Assembly (NCBI GenBank): GCA_001687465.1
Contig: LVLI01000013.1
Span: 1-64,000 of the forward strand
Direction: 5' to 3'
Origin: Halocafeteria seosinensis
Lineage: Eukaryota
DNA: 64,000 nt
Each line of letters begins with the position of its first letter. Within the stretch, counting starts at the first letter, position 1. The notes beneath the pieces were generated by a model. The model searched no databases, was not told where the DNA came from, and worked only from the letters and a program-made list of their open reading frames with translations. Positions 11,070 through 21,687 of this stretch are shown here, in pieces. A program made the position numbers and the translations under genes.

Positions 11070-11460
11070 ATGACATTGAACAATTTACGCCGTTTACAGG
11101 GCTGCTCATGAAGCAGAACGTTTCCAGGCCGCGGTGGGATGGCGCCTAGGCCGCGCCCCACTCCCCCAGCCTGGGGCCCCAGGTGCGGAACTTTCGAGAG
11201 GCAAAGCACTTCTCAGCCAAGCCCATGCTTTCATCCTGTCCTGATCCATGGTACTTCTCGAAGGCATCTTGATGCCAGTCTTTCATTTTCTGGCTCCCCT
11301 CCCTTCGACACAACGGCTTCGTAAGCACGGAAAGCAATGACCCGCTGGAGCTCTCTCATGAAGTAAAAACCACCACTAAACTCAACTGGTGCGTCCATGA
11401 TAGGCAAGTGTAAAGTAAGAAATCCTGTAGTAATCTCCTGGATCTCGGTTCAAATCTGTT
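11070..11460 (-). pseudogene. Probable decayed nucleotide-diphospho-sugar transferase (GT77-like) fragment
   Basis: Minus-strand frames give RDPGDY, DAPVEFSGGFYFMR..VIAF and P.PGNVLLH in GT77-like order, with frameshifts and stops. Confidence 0.35.
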
Positions 11461-11661
11461 CCCGGCCGCTACAATTTGGCATATACTAGGGCAAATGGTA
11501 AATAAAAGAAGCTTTACGATGATGCAAAGCGTGTATCTTGTTATTTTGCATTTTGAGTTCTGGTAGATGACTTACAACACTAATACAAGCGACTTTCTGA
11601 AAAAATTGAATTCAGGCAAAATCTCCAGGACAGGACCCCCCTGTCTCGGAGAAAACGACCT

Positions 11662-11890
11662 AAAAACAGATTTTCCGTGACGGAATGTCTGGTCCGGGCG
11701 GTCATAACTTACGACTCATAAGGAAGCGCGGATGGCACTTCCGCTCCCGAAACTTAACGGCCGGCACAGGAACTGGGCCTCACAAGGGACGGCCTGACAA
11801 GCCGGCCAGGCTTGGCTTGGGCAAGCGACGGGGCTAAACGCCGTAATCATCAGGTTGACCCGCCCGCACCACCCGCCAGGCCTGGGCGAA
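11662..11890. ncRNA. Candidate structured RNA (multibranch fold), identity unknown
   Basis: Closing helix 11691-11704/11856-11870 encloses at least four hairpins; flanking hairpins on both sides; T5 run after the last hairpin on the minus strand. Confidence 0.3.
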
Positions 11891-12141
11891 CACCGCACAT
11901 AGCATTTATGGGCGCGTATTGCTTCAGTATACCTCATTGAATATGTTGTATAATGCTAACTATGTTTGCTTGTAAAAGGAATTGCTGGAGGATGTCGTAT
12001 GAAGTATGCTGTATGGGGGGCTTATCACTTTGACACCGCCGCGGCCTGGGGACCATCACCTTGACCCAACCTCGTTACGGTTGCGGGACACCCCCCGGGA
12101 TGCGCTGCCCCGAGTATCCCGGGAGGCTCTCCTGTAGTATC

Positions 12142-13069
12142 CCGGGTGTTGAATCCGCGGATAAGATCCGCCACCCGCAACCAAAGGGGGCCGGCGGACG
12201 CGATCCGCAACCGCCCGCGCTGAAATGCCTGCGGTTTTGCGGATCGCGCGGATAAGGGGTCGCAGCAGCGGGATATACGGGAAAATAGGGTAATACACAA
12301 GTGCTAGTGATGTTGTTGCGTTGTTGTGGGCTTCTAGAAGGGACAGTTAGCCGTAGGATGGCCACACTAAGCCAAAAATGGCCACAAAACAAGGTGGAAG
12401 TGGCGCAGCTGCTGCAGCTGGCTCAGAAAGAAAAACGAAAAACTGCTGGAACTTGGACGAGATGGAAGTCCTCGATGTCGGCGAACGTGAGCAGGAGACA
12501 AACTAAAACAAGAGCACATAAATCGAAGAAGCGCTTCCCGGTGCTGGCGGTGGCTCAATAGAGTGGGAATTCTTCAATCGAGACGCCGTTGACGAAGTGG
12601 GTATGATAACCTGCAGTTTCCCTGTAGCTACAAGGGCAGGTACTGAAGGGGAAAGAGCTAGAGTCCTTGCGGACACAAAATCAGAATGCCCGCTCCAAGC
12701 ACAAGCAACCTGAAACGCCACTTAGAATCAGTTCACGGAGAAGTAGTACAGAAAGAAGCCCAGCCGCGAATCGACAACAAGAAAAAAGCGGCGCTCACAC
12801 GACCGCATACGAAGATATGCATGACTGAAGACACTTTTGGCGTAGACTATGACGATGATTTAGTCGATTTAGAGCCCTAGTCCGGGAACCCGAAGTTTAA
12901 GGGAATGGGGGTCATTGCTCCCCCTGTTTTTCCCCTTTGAGAAAACTACAAAAAATATAACCCAACGATCCGCGCGATCCGCAAAACCGCCCGCCGTCCG
13001 CAGGGTAAAATCGGCGGGTGATCCGCGAGTCATCCGCGGTCGGGTCGTATCCGCAAATTCAACACCCTG
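12142..13069 (+). mobile_element. Non-autonomous hAT-type DNA transposon, copy 2 (~928 bp, internally deleted)
   Basis: Imperfect TIRs ccgggtgttgaatccgcggata / tatccgcaaattcaacaccctg. Internal 23-bp inverted pair gcggttttgcggatcgcgcggat / atccgcgcgatccgcaaaaccgc. BED finger WEFF..ITC..CGHKIRMPAPSTSNLKRHLESVH (frameshifted) joined to an acidic tail EDTFGVDYDDDLVDLEP*. No DDE domain. Confidence 0.9.
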
Positions 13070-14999
13070 ATTCCCGGGATACCCTCACGAAACGCAGTCC
13101 AAACGCATTTTAGTACCGTACATTCTATTTTTATTTACAATACTGTATCAATATGCAGAAATTCCAACGCCGTAGAGCACCCAGGATAGAGGTGTCGGGC
13201 ATCTCCTTTGCGTGAATTCCTTTACAACGTACGTTCATCTGTGTTTCTGGGTGATGCTTTGTGGCGTCCGTCATCGGGGATACTTTGAAACGAGGTTCAG
13301 ACGACGATGGCTCTTTCCTCGGAATCCGGCTTCCAGCAAAGATATTAAAAAATCCGATATGATATTCATAATACTGATACAGGACTCCTCATAGAACATA
13401 GATAAACAGTCTTGTACCAAACCCGCTTGGAAATGTTTTTCTGGATTTGGTAGAGTTGGATACTCCTAGTCCTTCTGAGGCCGCCGAACCAGCGCGGCTG
13501 GCGAAATGAGAGTTCTGTACCACGTCTAACTTGAGACGCACCAATCTCCAAATTCAACGTTTGATTTGAATCAAACTCTAAGTAAGACAATTCCGCTGTA
13601 TGCAACATTAATGGGGAGTATTGGGGTAAGAGATACGTCCGAAATAGTATCGTAAATGAAGGCTTTCGGACAAGTATCGAGGCAAGAAACCTGGAAAGCT
13701 ATACATGCCTTCTAAGTCGAATCGACGCAGGAAAAAACTGCGGGGGCTCTTGTTCCTTCTATATTGAAATTCCTTTTGATCGCATCCATTCAAGTGAAAT
13801 TCGTCGAAGACGGATACTCCCAAAGAGTATTGTGAAATCGAAGTCTTCTACTGAAGTTCCCGTGGGAAGAAGAGGGCAGCTCTAGCCTCATGAGTCCTTT
13901 ATTTCCACAAATCACCATTACAGTTGCCTGTCGATTCTATACGTATACATAATCGGGATTGCGGTGCCCCGGATACCCTCAAACTTTGGGTCTTGAACGA
14001 AAGGCTTTGGGGCGTGTAGAGGGCCAGCAATGTTCAAAGTGGGAGATGCCTTTTGTGTGCAATGCTGGTGGGAACACTATTGGCGCTCTAAATCCTTACT
14101 TTGATTTGTGTTTCCTTTGCATGCAACTATTCATGCAGAATTCATTGTAGGTGGATACTCTAAACCAGGATGGTGAAGTTGGCAAGCGGTGGAGTGCGGG
14201 TTATCCATGCGTGTTGCTTCACTTTGGACCGCATCCAAGCTGACAAAAACGGGGACAGGAACGTAGGCATCGTAATTCCTCTACTTACAGCGAAATGGTG
14301 TGCGGGATCGTTTCCAGTATGCTCCCGCAGATAGGGTTCCGTACCGTAGTAATGAAGGTTTCATAATTAACTTGCCTTCCAGGGTGGGCTATGCCCAGTA
14401 TTCTACTCCATTTAGCTAATCTGCCGCGGCACAACTGACTGCAGCTGTCCCAGCTCGAGGCATAGTAAGCATACTGTAGTAGTTTCTTCTATCACGTAGC
14501 ATATACCATATAGCCCTCGTATGTGATATCAATGACAAAGTCCTCTGTTTTAGCGGCCCTGTCCGTTAGCATTCGCCGCACGGGCAGAACCATTGAGTCT
14601 ACTAATCCAGATAGTTACGTTGCGTTGGGGAGACACCCAAATTCCTGTGCTCCCTTAATCTTTCGGGCCGTAGGTGACTTGTCCAGGAAACTCTGCACTT
14701 CTTTTCGCGTCCATTTGAAGAAAGGGCTTGTACTGAAATTTTGTCCAAACCGTTCAGAGTTAGAATTGTCTTTGCCTTGTTTGCATCTGAGACGGCGACG
14801 AGGACGTTAAATTGTCCACGTGTGTTACGCGAGTGGGTAGCTAAAAAACGCAGATAATCTTTGTTTTTTCTTTTGTCGAAGTCAACTTTATCGGCTTGGT
14901 CCATTATCACGAGAGAATTTTAAGGAAGCCAGTCTTTTAGTAACTCTTGTTCTGGAATGCCCAGCTCCTTGTGAACATCATCTTTGATCTCCCAGCTCG

Positions 15000-15400
15000 T
15001 GTGCTCTCATGTCGGTAACAAACGTACGCAAAGCAGTCAGACGAGTTTCGTCTACGCATCCTGGCAAACTATCGTATTCGAGTAGCTTGTGGGCTTTCAT
15101 CTCCACCAGGTAGCAGCACCAATTATCTCTTCGGTTCACCGGCAGTAGTATTCTATCGATCTCACTTAGCTTCTTATTTTTGATCCATGGTACGTTGTCG
15201 AGGTCATACTTTAGCTGATCGAGTCATCTACCCGCTGTGAACAGCGGGACTAGGCATAGAAAGCAGGTATCAGGAATCCATGCCGACGCGAGAACGCAGT
15301 TCTCGAAGTACCGAACGGACTTTAACGAACGCAGTATGACAAACCCACCCACCCACCGGGAGTCTCGTTCGATTTCCGCAAGTCAATTGAGCTGTAACGC
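15000..15400 (-). pseudogene. Ulp1/C48 cysteine-protease domain remnant, probably transposon-borne
   Basis: RWVGGFVI..WIPDTCF..*..IDRILLPVNRRDNWCCYLVEMKAHKLLEYDSL: catalytic HW reads NW, there is an in-frame stop, and the catalytic Cys region is absent. Confidence 0.65.
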
Positions 15401-15428
15401 AGTTTGGATGATGGAGCGAAATGGTAAT

Positions 15429-15743
15429 ATCAGCTGCATCAGCATCTGTTTGAAAGCATAAGCATCCGGGCTCCAAGCCCGGAGATCTTTGCGCCCGGAT
15501 GGGTGTGGGAGGTGGGACAGTGTCCCTAGTGTATTTCTGACCGGACCGTCTTAAAGCTATAACGAAGATCGGATGATAGAGAGAAATGTTATCGGCTGCA
15601 TCAGCGTCTAGGTGGTTGTTTGTTGACCGGGCTCCAAGCCCGGAGATCCGGGCGCTAAGCCCGTGGGATGGGAGTGGGTGGGAGTGGGAGTGGGAGTGGG
15701 AGGTGGGACAGTGCCCCCCAGTGTGTTTCTGACAGGACCGTCT
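15429..15743 (+). repeat. Two-copy diverged direct repeat (15429-15551, 15591-15743) with GGGAGT expansion in copy 2
   Basis: Shared blocks atc.gctgcatcagc.tct, ccgggctccaagcccggagatc, gggaggtgggacagtg.ccc, tttctgac.ggaccgtct. Confidence 0.9.
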
Positions 15744-16894
15744 GGACTAAAGTCCATCCGGAACAGGCGAAACAGAAAAGCGTAACCACTACCATCACTA
15801 GAAACATGTTATTGGCAATACTTCCCGGAAGAGATGATAGCGGGAACAAGTGCGAATATCTACTTTGTACGCACCAAAACGATGCTCATGCTTGTGATCC
15901 AGTGACTGTCCTCAGTGGTGGGCACGAGAGACTGGCCTTGCCCTTGAGTGACACCGCTTCCTTAAAAGAAAAACGAAGTGCTGCTTCTGTGCATTGAATC
16001 CTTGTCTCACAGAGCCCTTGTCCACCATCCGGGTTGTAAATAAGAGACGAAAGCCTAATCAACAAGTTGTACTGCTTAGCAAGAAGACGGAAATAATACC
16101 AAGAAGCCGCCACCAACACTTCATCCTACCGGTCCTGGCGTCGGCAGCGCTGTGGCAGGCTCAGGGTCTTCACCTGTCAGACTGAGCCTTGACGGTACCC
16201 CTGACATCGTGGCGCAGGCATGGCTCCTCCTCCGGCGCCTCCTGAGCAAAACCAGTGTTGTGTTCCCTCACGGCGCATGTCAGCAAGGCTGCAGGAACAG
16301 CGGGCCCGTCGCTGCTTAACACGGGCGCATACCGCTCCTCGTTAAGCGGATGCGGGTGACTCCCCAGCCGGTGGGCTATCTGTCACATATGTGTGTGTGA
16401 GCCACCAACTGAAGGACATAGAATTTAGCGGCATCTTGTGAATATACGCAATTCCCCAGAATCATTGGATACCGTCATAAGCCGGCAGACCGAGTCCGAG
16501 GGGGCGAATTTCACAAATTCCCGATTCGTTTGATAAGGGCAGATCTGTCGTCGTGGCCTCCATGGATTTTTAGCATTATTCTGGTGTGCAGAGGTTCTCC
16601 AGGAAGTTTGCTTCAAGTGGTAATTAAGCATCCTATGATATGCATATATTTGCACTGGGGAGAATGTGGGCAAATGAATGTTAGCTATCTATATTATATA
16701 CATACGGCTCAACTCCGTGGTTCAGTTCTACGAGGCAGAGAATTGGAGGGGTTGACAAGAGTATGTATCAACCAAATTTCTTGAAGAACTGCCCTTTCTC
16801 CATTGAACCTACGGCAAATTAGTGCAGTACGCTATGTACTAACTTCCCCTAGAGTCCGGGTGTGCTTTCTTAGCTACGTCCACGTCGGTCTTTC

Positions 16895-17923
16895 TCAAAT
16901 GTTGTCAGATGAACATTGTGTCCGCTGTCCCTCGATACGGCGTAAGATACGTTGCGTTACACACCGGCGGTAGGACCGGTAGCAGGCTGTAGAATTAGTA
17001 CTGAGAGAAACGTGAGCAACCATCATTGTAGAGGGATGGAACCTTGAAAGAGCCGTAATGCCACGTTTGCGAAATGATTCCTTCCACATCTGTTCGGACT
17101 TTACATAGTCCGAATTAATCAGCGCTGAGTCACATAGCACTTCAAAGAACGCAGATGCAGCTCTTAAGGTCTTGAACACGAGGAACTTGTCATTTATTCC
17201 ACCAAAAGCCCTGCACGCAGGTACCAAAGCTTCAAACGACTTGTTTGAATACACTGGATGTCGACTGAAAAACACATTGTCGCTTCTGGTCCGGACGTAC
17301 ATGGAATAATTCCCATGACGCTTAGCCTCCTGAAACCCCTGAAGCATGTTGTGATACATCATTATGTTACGCGTCCATAAACCCGTGTTGGGGTTCTTCA
17401 ACGGAGTAGTCTCTCTTAAGTTGTACAATTTGCGTAACTCTGTGAAAGAAGGAGCAATTTCTGCTTTAAGTTGCATTATCTGCGCCCCTGAGTTTACGAC
17501 TTGTTTTCTCAGTTGCTCCTTGGTGCTCTCAAGACGGCTATGAGCGTTTGCTGCATCCCATGCTGCTTTATCAACCTTTCTCAGCAAGTCCACAGTTGTT
17601 TGTTTTTGTAAAATTGCAAAAACGTCGACACAAAATCCAGCTTGAACCTGAGGGGAAATGACGTGTTCCGCCAAGGAATTGATGGACGCGTTCAGAAGTC
17701 TTGTCTCCAAACCGCTGACAATGATGGCAATGCTCTTCTTATCGCTTCTGATACTGCACGGGTGTACAGTACCAGTGGTAGAGCTCTTTCTTTGCGCATT
17801 CTCATGAGGAAAGTCGGCCATCGTGTGTATACTGCTCTGTGCAACCAGGGGCTTGGAAAGATATGCCACGCTGGCGGCCCCAACGCAACAAAGTAGCACT
17901 GAAAATAGCGTTCTGTAATCCAT
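16895..17923 (-). CDS. Type II membrane glycosyltransferase-like protein of unassigned family
   Basis: Intronless 342 aa. N-terminal TM LFSVLLCCVGAASVAYL. Motifs IAIIVSG..R, VDVF, Y..YVRTRSD..F, FGGINDKF and SE resemble the A.C.SG..R / R.RPD / D.F pattern I associate with algal and giant-virus GT-like proteins. Confidence 0.7.
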   Translation of the reverse strand: MDYRTLFSVLLCCVGAASVAYLSKPLVAQSSIHTMADFPHENAQRKSSTTGTVHPCSIRSDKKSIAIIVSGLETRLLNASINSLAEHVISPQVQAGFCVDVFAILQKQTTVDLLRKVDKAAWDAANAHSRLESTKEQLRKQVVNSGAQIMQLKAEIAPSFTELRKLYNLRETTPLKNPNTGLWTRNIMMYHNMLQGFQEAKRHGNYSMYVRTRSDNVFFSRHPVYSNKSFEALVPACRAFGGINDKFLVFKTLRAASAFFEVLCDSALINSDYVKSEQMWKESFRKRGITALSRFHPSTMMVAHVSLSTNSTACYRSYRRCVTQRILRRIEGQRTQCSSDNI

Positions 17924-18249
17924 CTTTAGCTAGGTCAACCTTAAACGAGTGCTTTTTGCCTGGGTTCATGGAGGAAGTGGCCAGTGGCACTTTCCACTTG
18001 GAATTACCGGCCCAATCGTACTACACCGTACAGCTCGGTACTGTATCTGAAAACGTGACGCCAGCAGCGAGACAATAAAGGTCTTCCAAACATTTATAAT
18101 ACTATTGTGGTGAGACAGGTAAAAATTGGTTCTAAGGGTCGGCGATCGAAAGCCCAGCTGTCCGCCGGGAAGTTTCCGGGCACACTTCCCGGCACAAACG
18201 TGAACTTGACGCCACCCGCATAAGCAGATTGATATTCCGTAAACTGTAG

Positions 18250-18900
18250 TGCTAGTTTACAGACTTGATAGCAAGGGAAAAAAGGGCCTACGATACGACG
18301 TCTCCACACGGGGTTTTGGCCATCCGGTGAATGCTGTGGAGACGGATCGATCGAACGAACGGCTGCACCACGCACTGGGATGCGATAAAGAAGGGAACAC
18401 CATGTAAAGGACATGACAAAATATCAGTGGAACGAGGGAGATGCGGAACTTTTGGAAGCTGATGATGGCCTCTTCCATTAGAAAATTAGTTCCCCAGGGA
18501 AACTCTTCGATCCAATGCTGAAAGATACATGTGCGGCTGGGTCTTTGAAGGAGTTGTTTCACAGCAGGATACACAAGAATACCCTACGCTACTCATGGAC
18601 ACTTGACACTCTTCACCCTGCTAGGTAACTCTGAATACGGTTCTGAGTTGTTCAAATACTCGTAACAATCCGGCTCTTATTCAGTTGGACGGATCGGACT
18701 TTAATATCCAGACGACATCTGCATCCAACGCAAACACAGGATTGGTCTTTCAAACGACCAGAAGACAACAGTTTGCACTCGTACCAGTCCTGCCGTGCCG
18801 CGTAGCCTGTTGGTTAGGATTGGCGGCTTTGCTTCTCAACGTATTACCTCAGACGTTTTTTTTTGCTGATGCCAGTAAAGGCTGGCAAGCAAGGATTCAA
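18250..18900 (-). pseudogene. Possible decayed DxD glycosyltransferase
   Basis: PVFALDADVVW..DP at ~18690-18740 within broken frames; boundaries approximate. Confidence 0.3.
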
Positions 18901-19651
18901 TATCTCAACCCTTGCTGGTACAACAGTAGAATTTGCTCTGCGAAAATTCCTGAATGGCGTACCCAAGTAACATTCCAATTTTGGATTTGCAACCCTTGGG
19001 AGATGAGGAACCTTCAGAAATTGATAATGGACAAACTACAGTATGACAAGGTGAGAATGCTGGAACGATACCGGGTAAGATACACTCCTCACGGCCTAGA
19101 GTAGCATCAGAATAAATTTCTTCCGGTAGGTACATACACACATCGTGTAGATGTACGTGTACCGTATTCCTTCATGAAACCGATGAAATGTGACCACTGA
19201 CGGTCCGCTGAATTGAGACTGGTGGACTATAGCAGAACCTTAGCGATCCCGTTATAACTCATAATCTTGCAAAATCATTGTTTTGAAGGTATTAGCTTAG
19301 TTTCGAGGGCATTGGGCACCAATTTGTGGTGTATTGACCCAGGTATGTACAACTTTGAAGTTCAAGTTGGCAACGGGACATAATGTCACACATTCTGGTG
19401 ATATAAGGGGAACAGTCACCGCTACACCCATGATACTGTTCAAGTAAAGTGTGTTTGGTGCTACTCTCACTATGCAGTTATGTAGATCTAGAGCCTCAAA
19501 ACCCTGAAGTCGGAGGCTTGTTTGTAGGACACCCGATTCACACCATGTGGTCAAACTCATGACTTCCAAAGTATTGTAAGCACCACTATTTCTTCATGAA
19601 GGAGATGCAGTTCTATCTAAGGAAGAAATTAATACATGCCATCATATCTCA

Positions 19652-21238
19652 ATGATATTGTCCATGAGGGTGTTCAAGTACAGTATATGTGGTGCTGTCG
19701 CCTTCGCACTGACTACCTTGGTTGGTGGTCTCTGGTGCATCCATTTGCCGGCATCTCTCAGCCGTGTGAGTCCTCATGCTGGTGGAAATGCAAAAAGGAT
19801 GTATCCAAAAGACTACGTAGATAGACACTTGGAGAAGAGTAATGATGTCTCTAGCTTTGGTGCGTTTCGGCATCGAGAGAATTGGACCTGGGCCTCCATT
19901 GGTTGTGACTCCACTAAAGTCAATGAAGACTTGCAGGTTACTTTGTCCCGATATTACGGTATGTCTCGTAATCAAAACGACTATAACTTCCTTTTTGACT
20001 GTATACATCGCCGGGAGACGCTTCAAGATAAAGGTTTGACACGGGACACGTTCAAGAAATTGAAACCGAACTCACGCATATTCCATATCCCAAATTTGAG
20101 ACCTCACCACACAGCAAAGGAGCAGCTCTGCGAAATAAGCACGAAAGCATACAACACGTTCGGAATCCATATTGTACCTCCGTGCGTGGCAACCCCCACG
20201 TACGAAGAGATCGACGGTGAATCCATTTCTTCATCCCACTCGCAGTGGCTGTTCAAAGAAAGTGACAAGCACGGGGGCAAGGGACAAATGGTTTTCAAAG
20301 ATGAAAAGATCCCGCCTTTGCCTAAGAAAGGGGTGGTGCAGGCTCTAATTACCCCTCTTTTGTTTGATGGCCGTAAAATTGACGTTCGTTTGTTCGGCAT
20401 TATCTCGTCGCTTGATCCACCCAGGATATACCTGTCTCAAAGTGGTTTTACTCGAATCGGAAGTACTAACACGGAAGCTGCAACTAACTTGGGGGGGCTA
20501 GAAAATAGGTACAAAATACAGCATTTTGCGACTGAACGGGGCGAAGCATCTGCAGGTTCGTTTGCCAACTACATGGCATTTATAAAAGGTCAAGGGATCA
20601 ACCCTCAAGTTGTTTGGGAGAAAATCAAGGACAAAATTGCGGCGGAGTTTCTTGTGTCTGGCCAACAGTATTTTGGATGCAAGACAAACACTATACCGTA
20701 TCCTTGTGGCACAACGTCTGCAAAGGCTGTGGTAGATCTTATCATTGATCACAGGGGTGAACCGTATATTATGGAGACGGGACTTGGAGGATTCGTCAAA
20801 GAGTATACGGGAGCGACAGAGTTTTTGCTACAGCCTCGAGGAAAGCACCATTTCGAAAGTTTTGACCCGGTGGCGTCCTTAGAAACGCGAAGGGCTGAAT
20901 GGGGGGTGATTTCTATGTTCATGGCTCCAGTAACAGAGGTAGGGGTGAAACACCGCTTCAACGAATGGCTAGGGAATCAAACAAGGTTGGTGCATCGACT
21001 CCACTCCTTATCGAAATACACGTACCAGGAGTGCTTGTCCCTACTGGAAGGGATGGCGGCTGAAGCCGCTCTTTCTTGTGAAGCAGGGGTGGTGAACATT
21101 CTACCCCGCAAGTGGAAAGTATACGATTCCAAGTTCAAATTCGATGAAGATGACAAGCTGCTTTATTCAGTGCATGAAGACTTTGCTAGTTTTTCCGGAG
21201 TAGGCAGAAACGACGACTGCTCGAAGGTAAAGTTTTAG
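19652..21238 (+). CDS. Tubulin-tyrosine-ligase (TTL/TTLL) family ATP-grasp protein with N-terminal signal anchor
   Basis: Intronless 528 aa. WLFKE..HGGKG, VVQALITPLLFDGRKIDVRLF, IYL..GFTR, ATN, VWEKIK..I, VDLIID..GEPYIME. TM segment ICGAVAFALTTLVGGLWCI. Confidence 0.88.
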   Translation: MILSMRVFKYSICGAVAFALTTLVGGLWCIHLPASLSRVSPHAGGNAKRMYPKDYVDRHLEKSNDVSSFGAFRHRENWTWASIGCDSTKVNEDLQVTLSRYYGMSRNQNDYNFLFDCIHRRETLQDKGLTRDTFKKLKPNSRIFHIPNLRPHHTAKEQLCEISTKAYNTFGIHIVPPCVATPTYEEIDGESISSSHSQWLFKESDKHGGKGQMVFKDEKIPPLPKKGVVQALITPLLFDGRKIDVRLFGIISSLDPPRIYLSQSGFTRIGSTNTEAATNLGGLENRYKIQHFATERGEASAGSFANYMAFIKGQGINPQVVWEKIKDKIAAEFLVSGQQYFGCKTNTIPYPCGTTSAKAVVDLIIDHRGEPYIMETGLGGFVKEYTGATEFLLQPRGKHHFESFDPVASLETRRAEWGVISMFMAPVTEVGVKHRFNEWLGNQTRLVHRLHSLSKYTYQECLSLLEGMAAEAALSCEAGVVNILPRKWKVYDSKFKFDEDDKLLYSVHEDFASFSGVGRNDDCSKVKF

Positions 21239-21687
21239 TATGCACATTCGACAGCAGTATTCGTAACCACAATTCGTAGTTGCAATATAGACCTCAGCAG
21301 TTGCTTCTCTTCAAAGTCTTCGAAGACTTCGAGTCGCTCCTGGATCGACACTTTGACCAAACACAAGGCGCACGCATGTGGGAGAATCTGAGATAGTCCA
21401 CCACTGCTAACTGATGGAAACTATCAATTTCGCATGCTATAACGAACAATAATTTCTTCAAAAAATAGGTTTACTGGGCATGTTGTACAATGTATGCACC
21501 GTGCCAATAGTTGAAGTTGAATACACACACCGGAGAGGGCGCTGCCAAACTTCTTCGTTATTCGTCCATTGATGGCCCGATTCAGACGTTCGGTATTTAC
21601 TCTTATACAAAGGAATGCTGGTTGAACAAAGTATCGCAGTTGTGTGCGCTCATGGATTCAAGGAAGGAGTAACACTGTGTGGTTCCA

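Noticed and set aside
11631..11852. RNase MRP-like acggggcta, SRP-like helix and minus-strand ctgatga (hammerhead or C box)
   Set aside because: Partner motifs (GAAAGUCCCC, the CAGG/AGCA loop, GAAA after stem II) are missing; kept only as an unassigned structure
13200..14995. Broken minus-strand frames with FITTVRNP (sulfotransferase-like) and VIMDQAD (Walker-B-like)
   Set aside because: Single short motifs without supporting context; family not supportable
15466..15643. ccgggctccaagcccgg (two copies) resembles the twister ribozyme P4/L4 element
   Set aside because: The loop is one base off the consensus and no matching UAA-P2/P1 pairing could be built; a minus-strand coding repeat explains it
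16326..16390. tcctcg loop suggestive of an HDV-like ribozyme
   Set aside because: L3 would be too long, and P1, P2 and the catalytic C strand cannot be assigned
18164..18193. 10-bp hairpin gccgggaagt/acttcccggc as a Helitron 3' end
   Set aside because: No properly placed CTRR|T terminus on either strand
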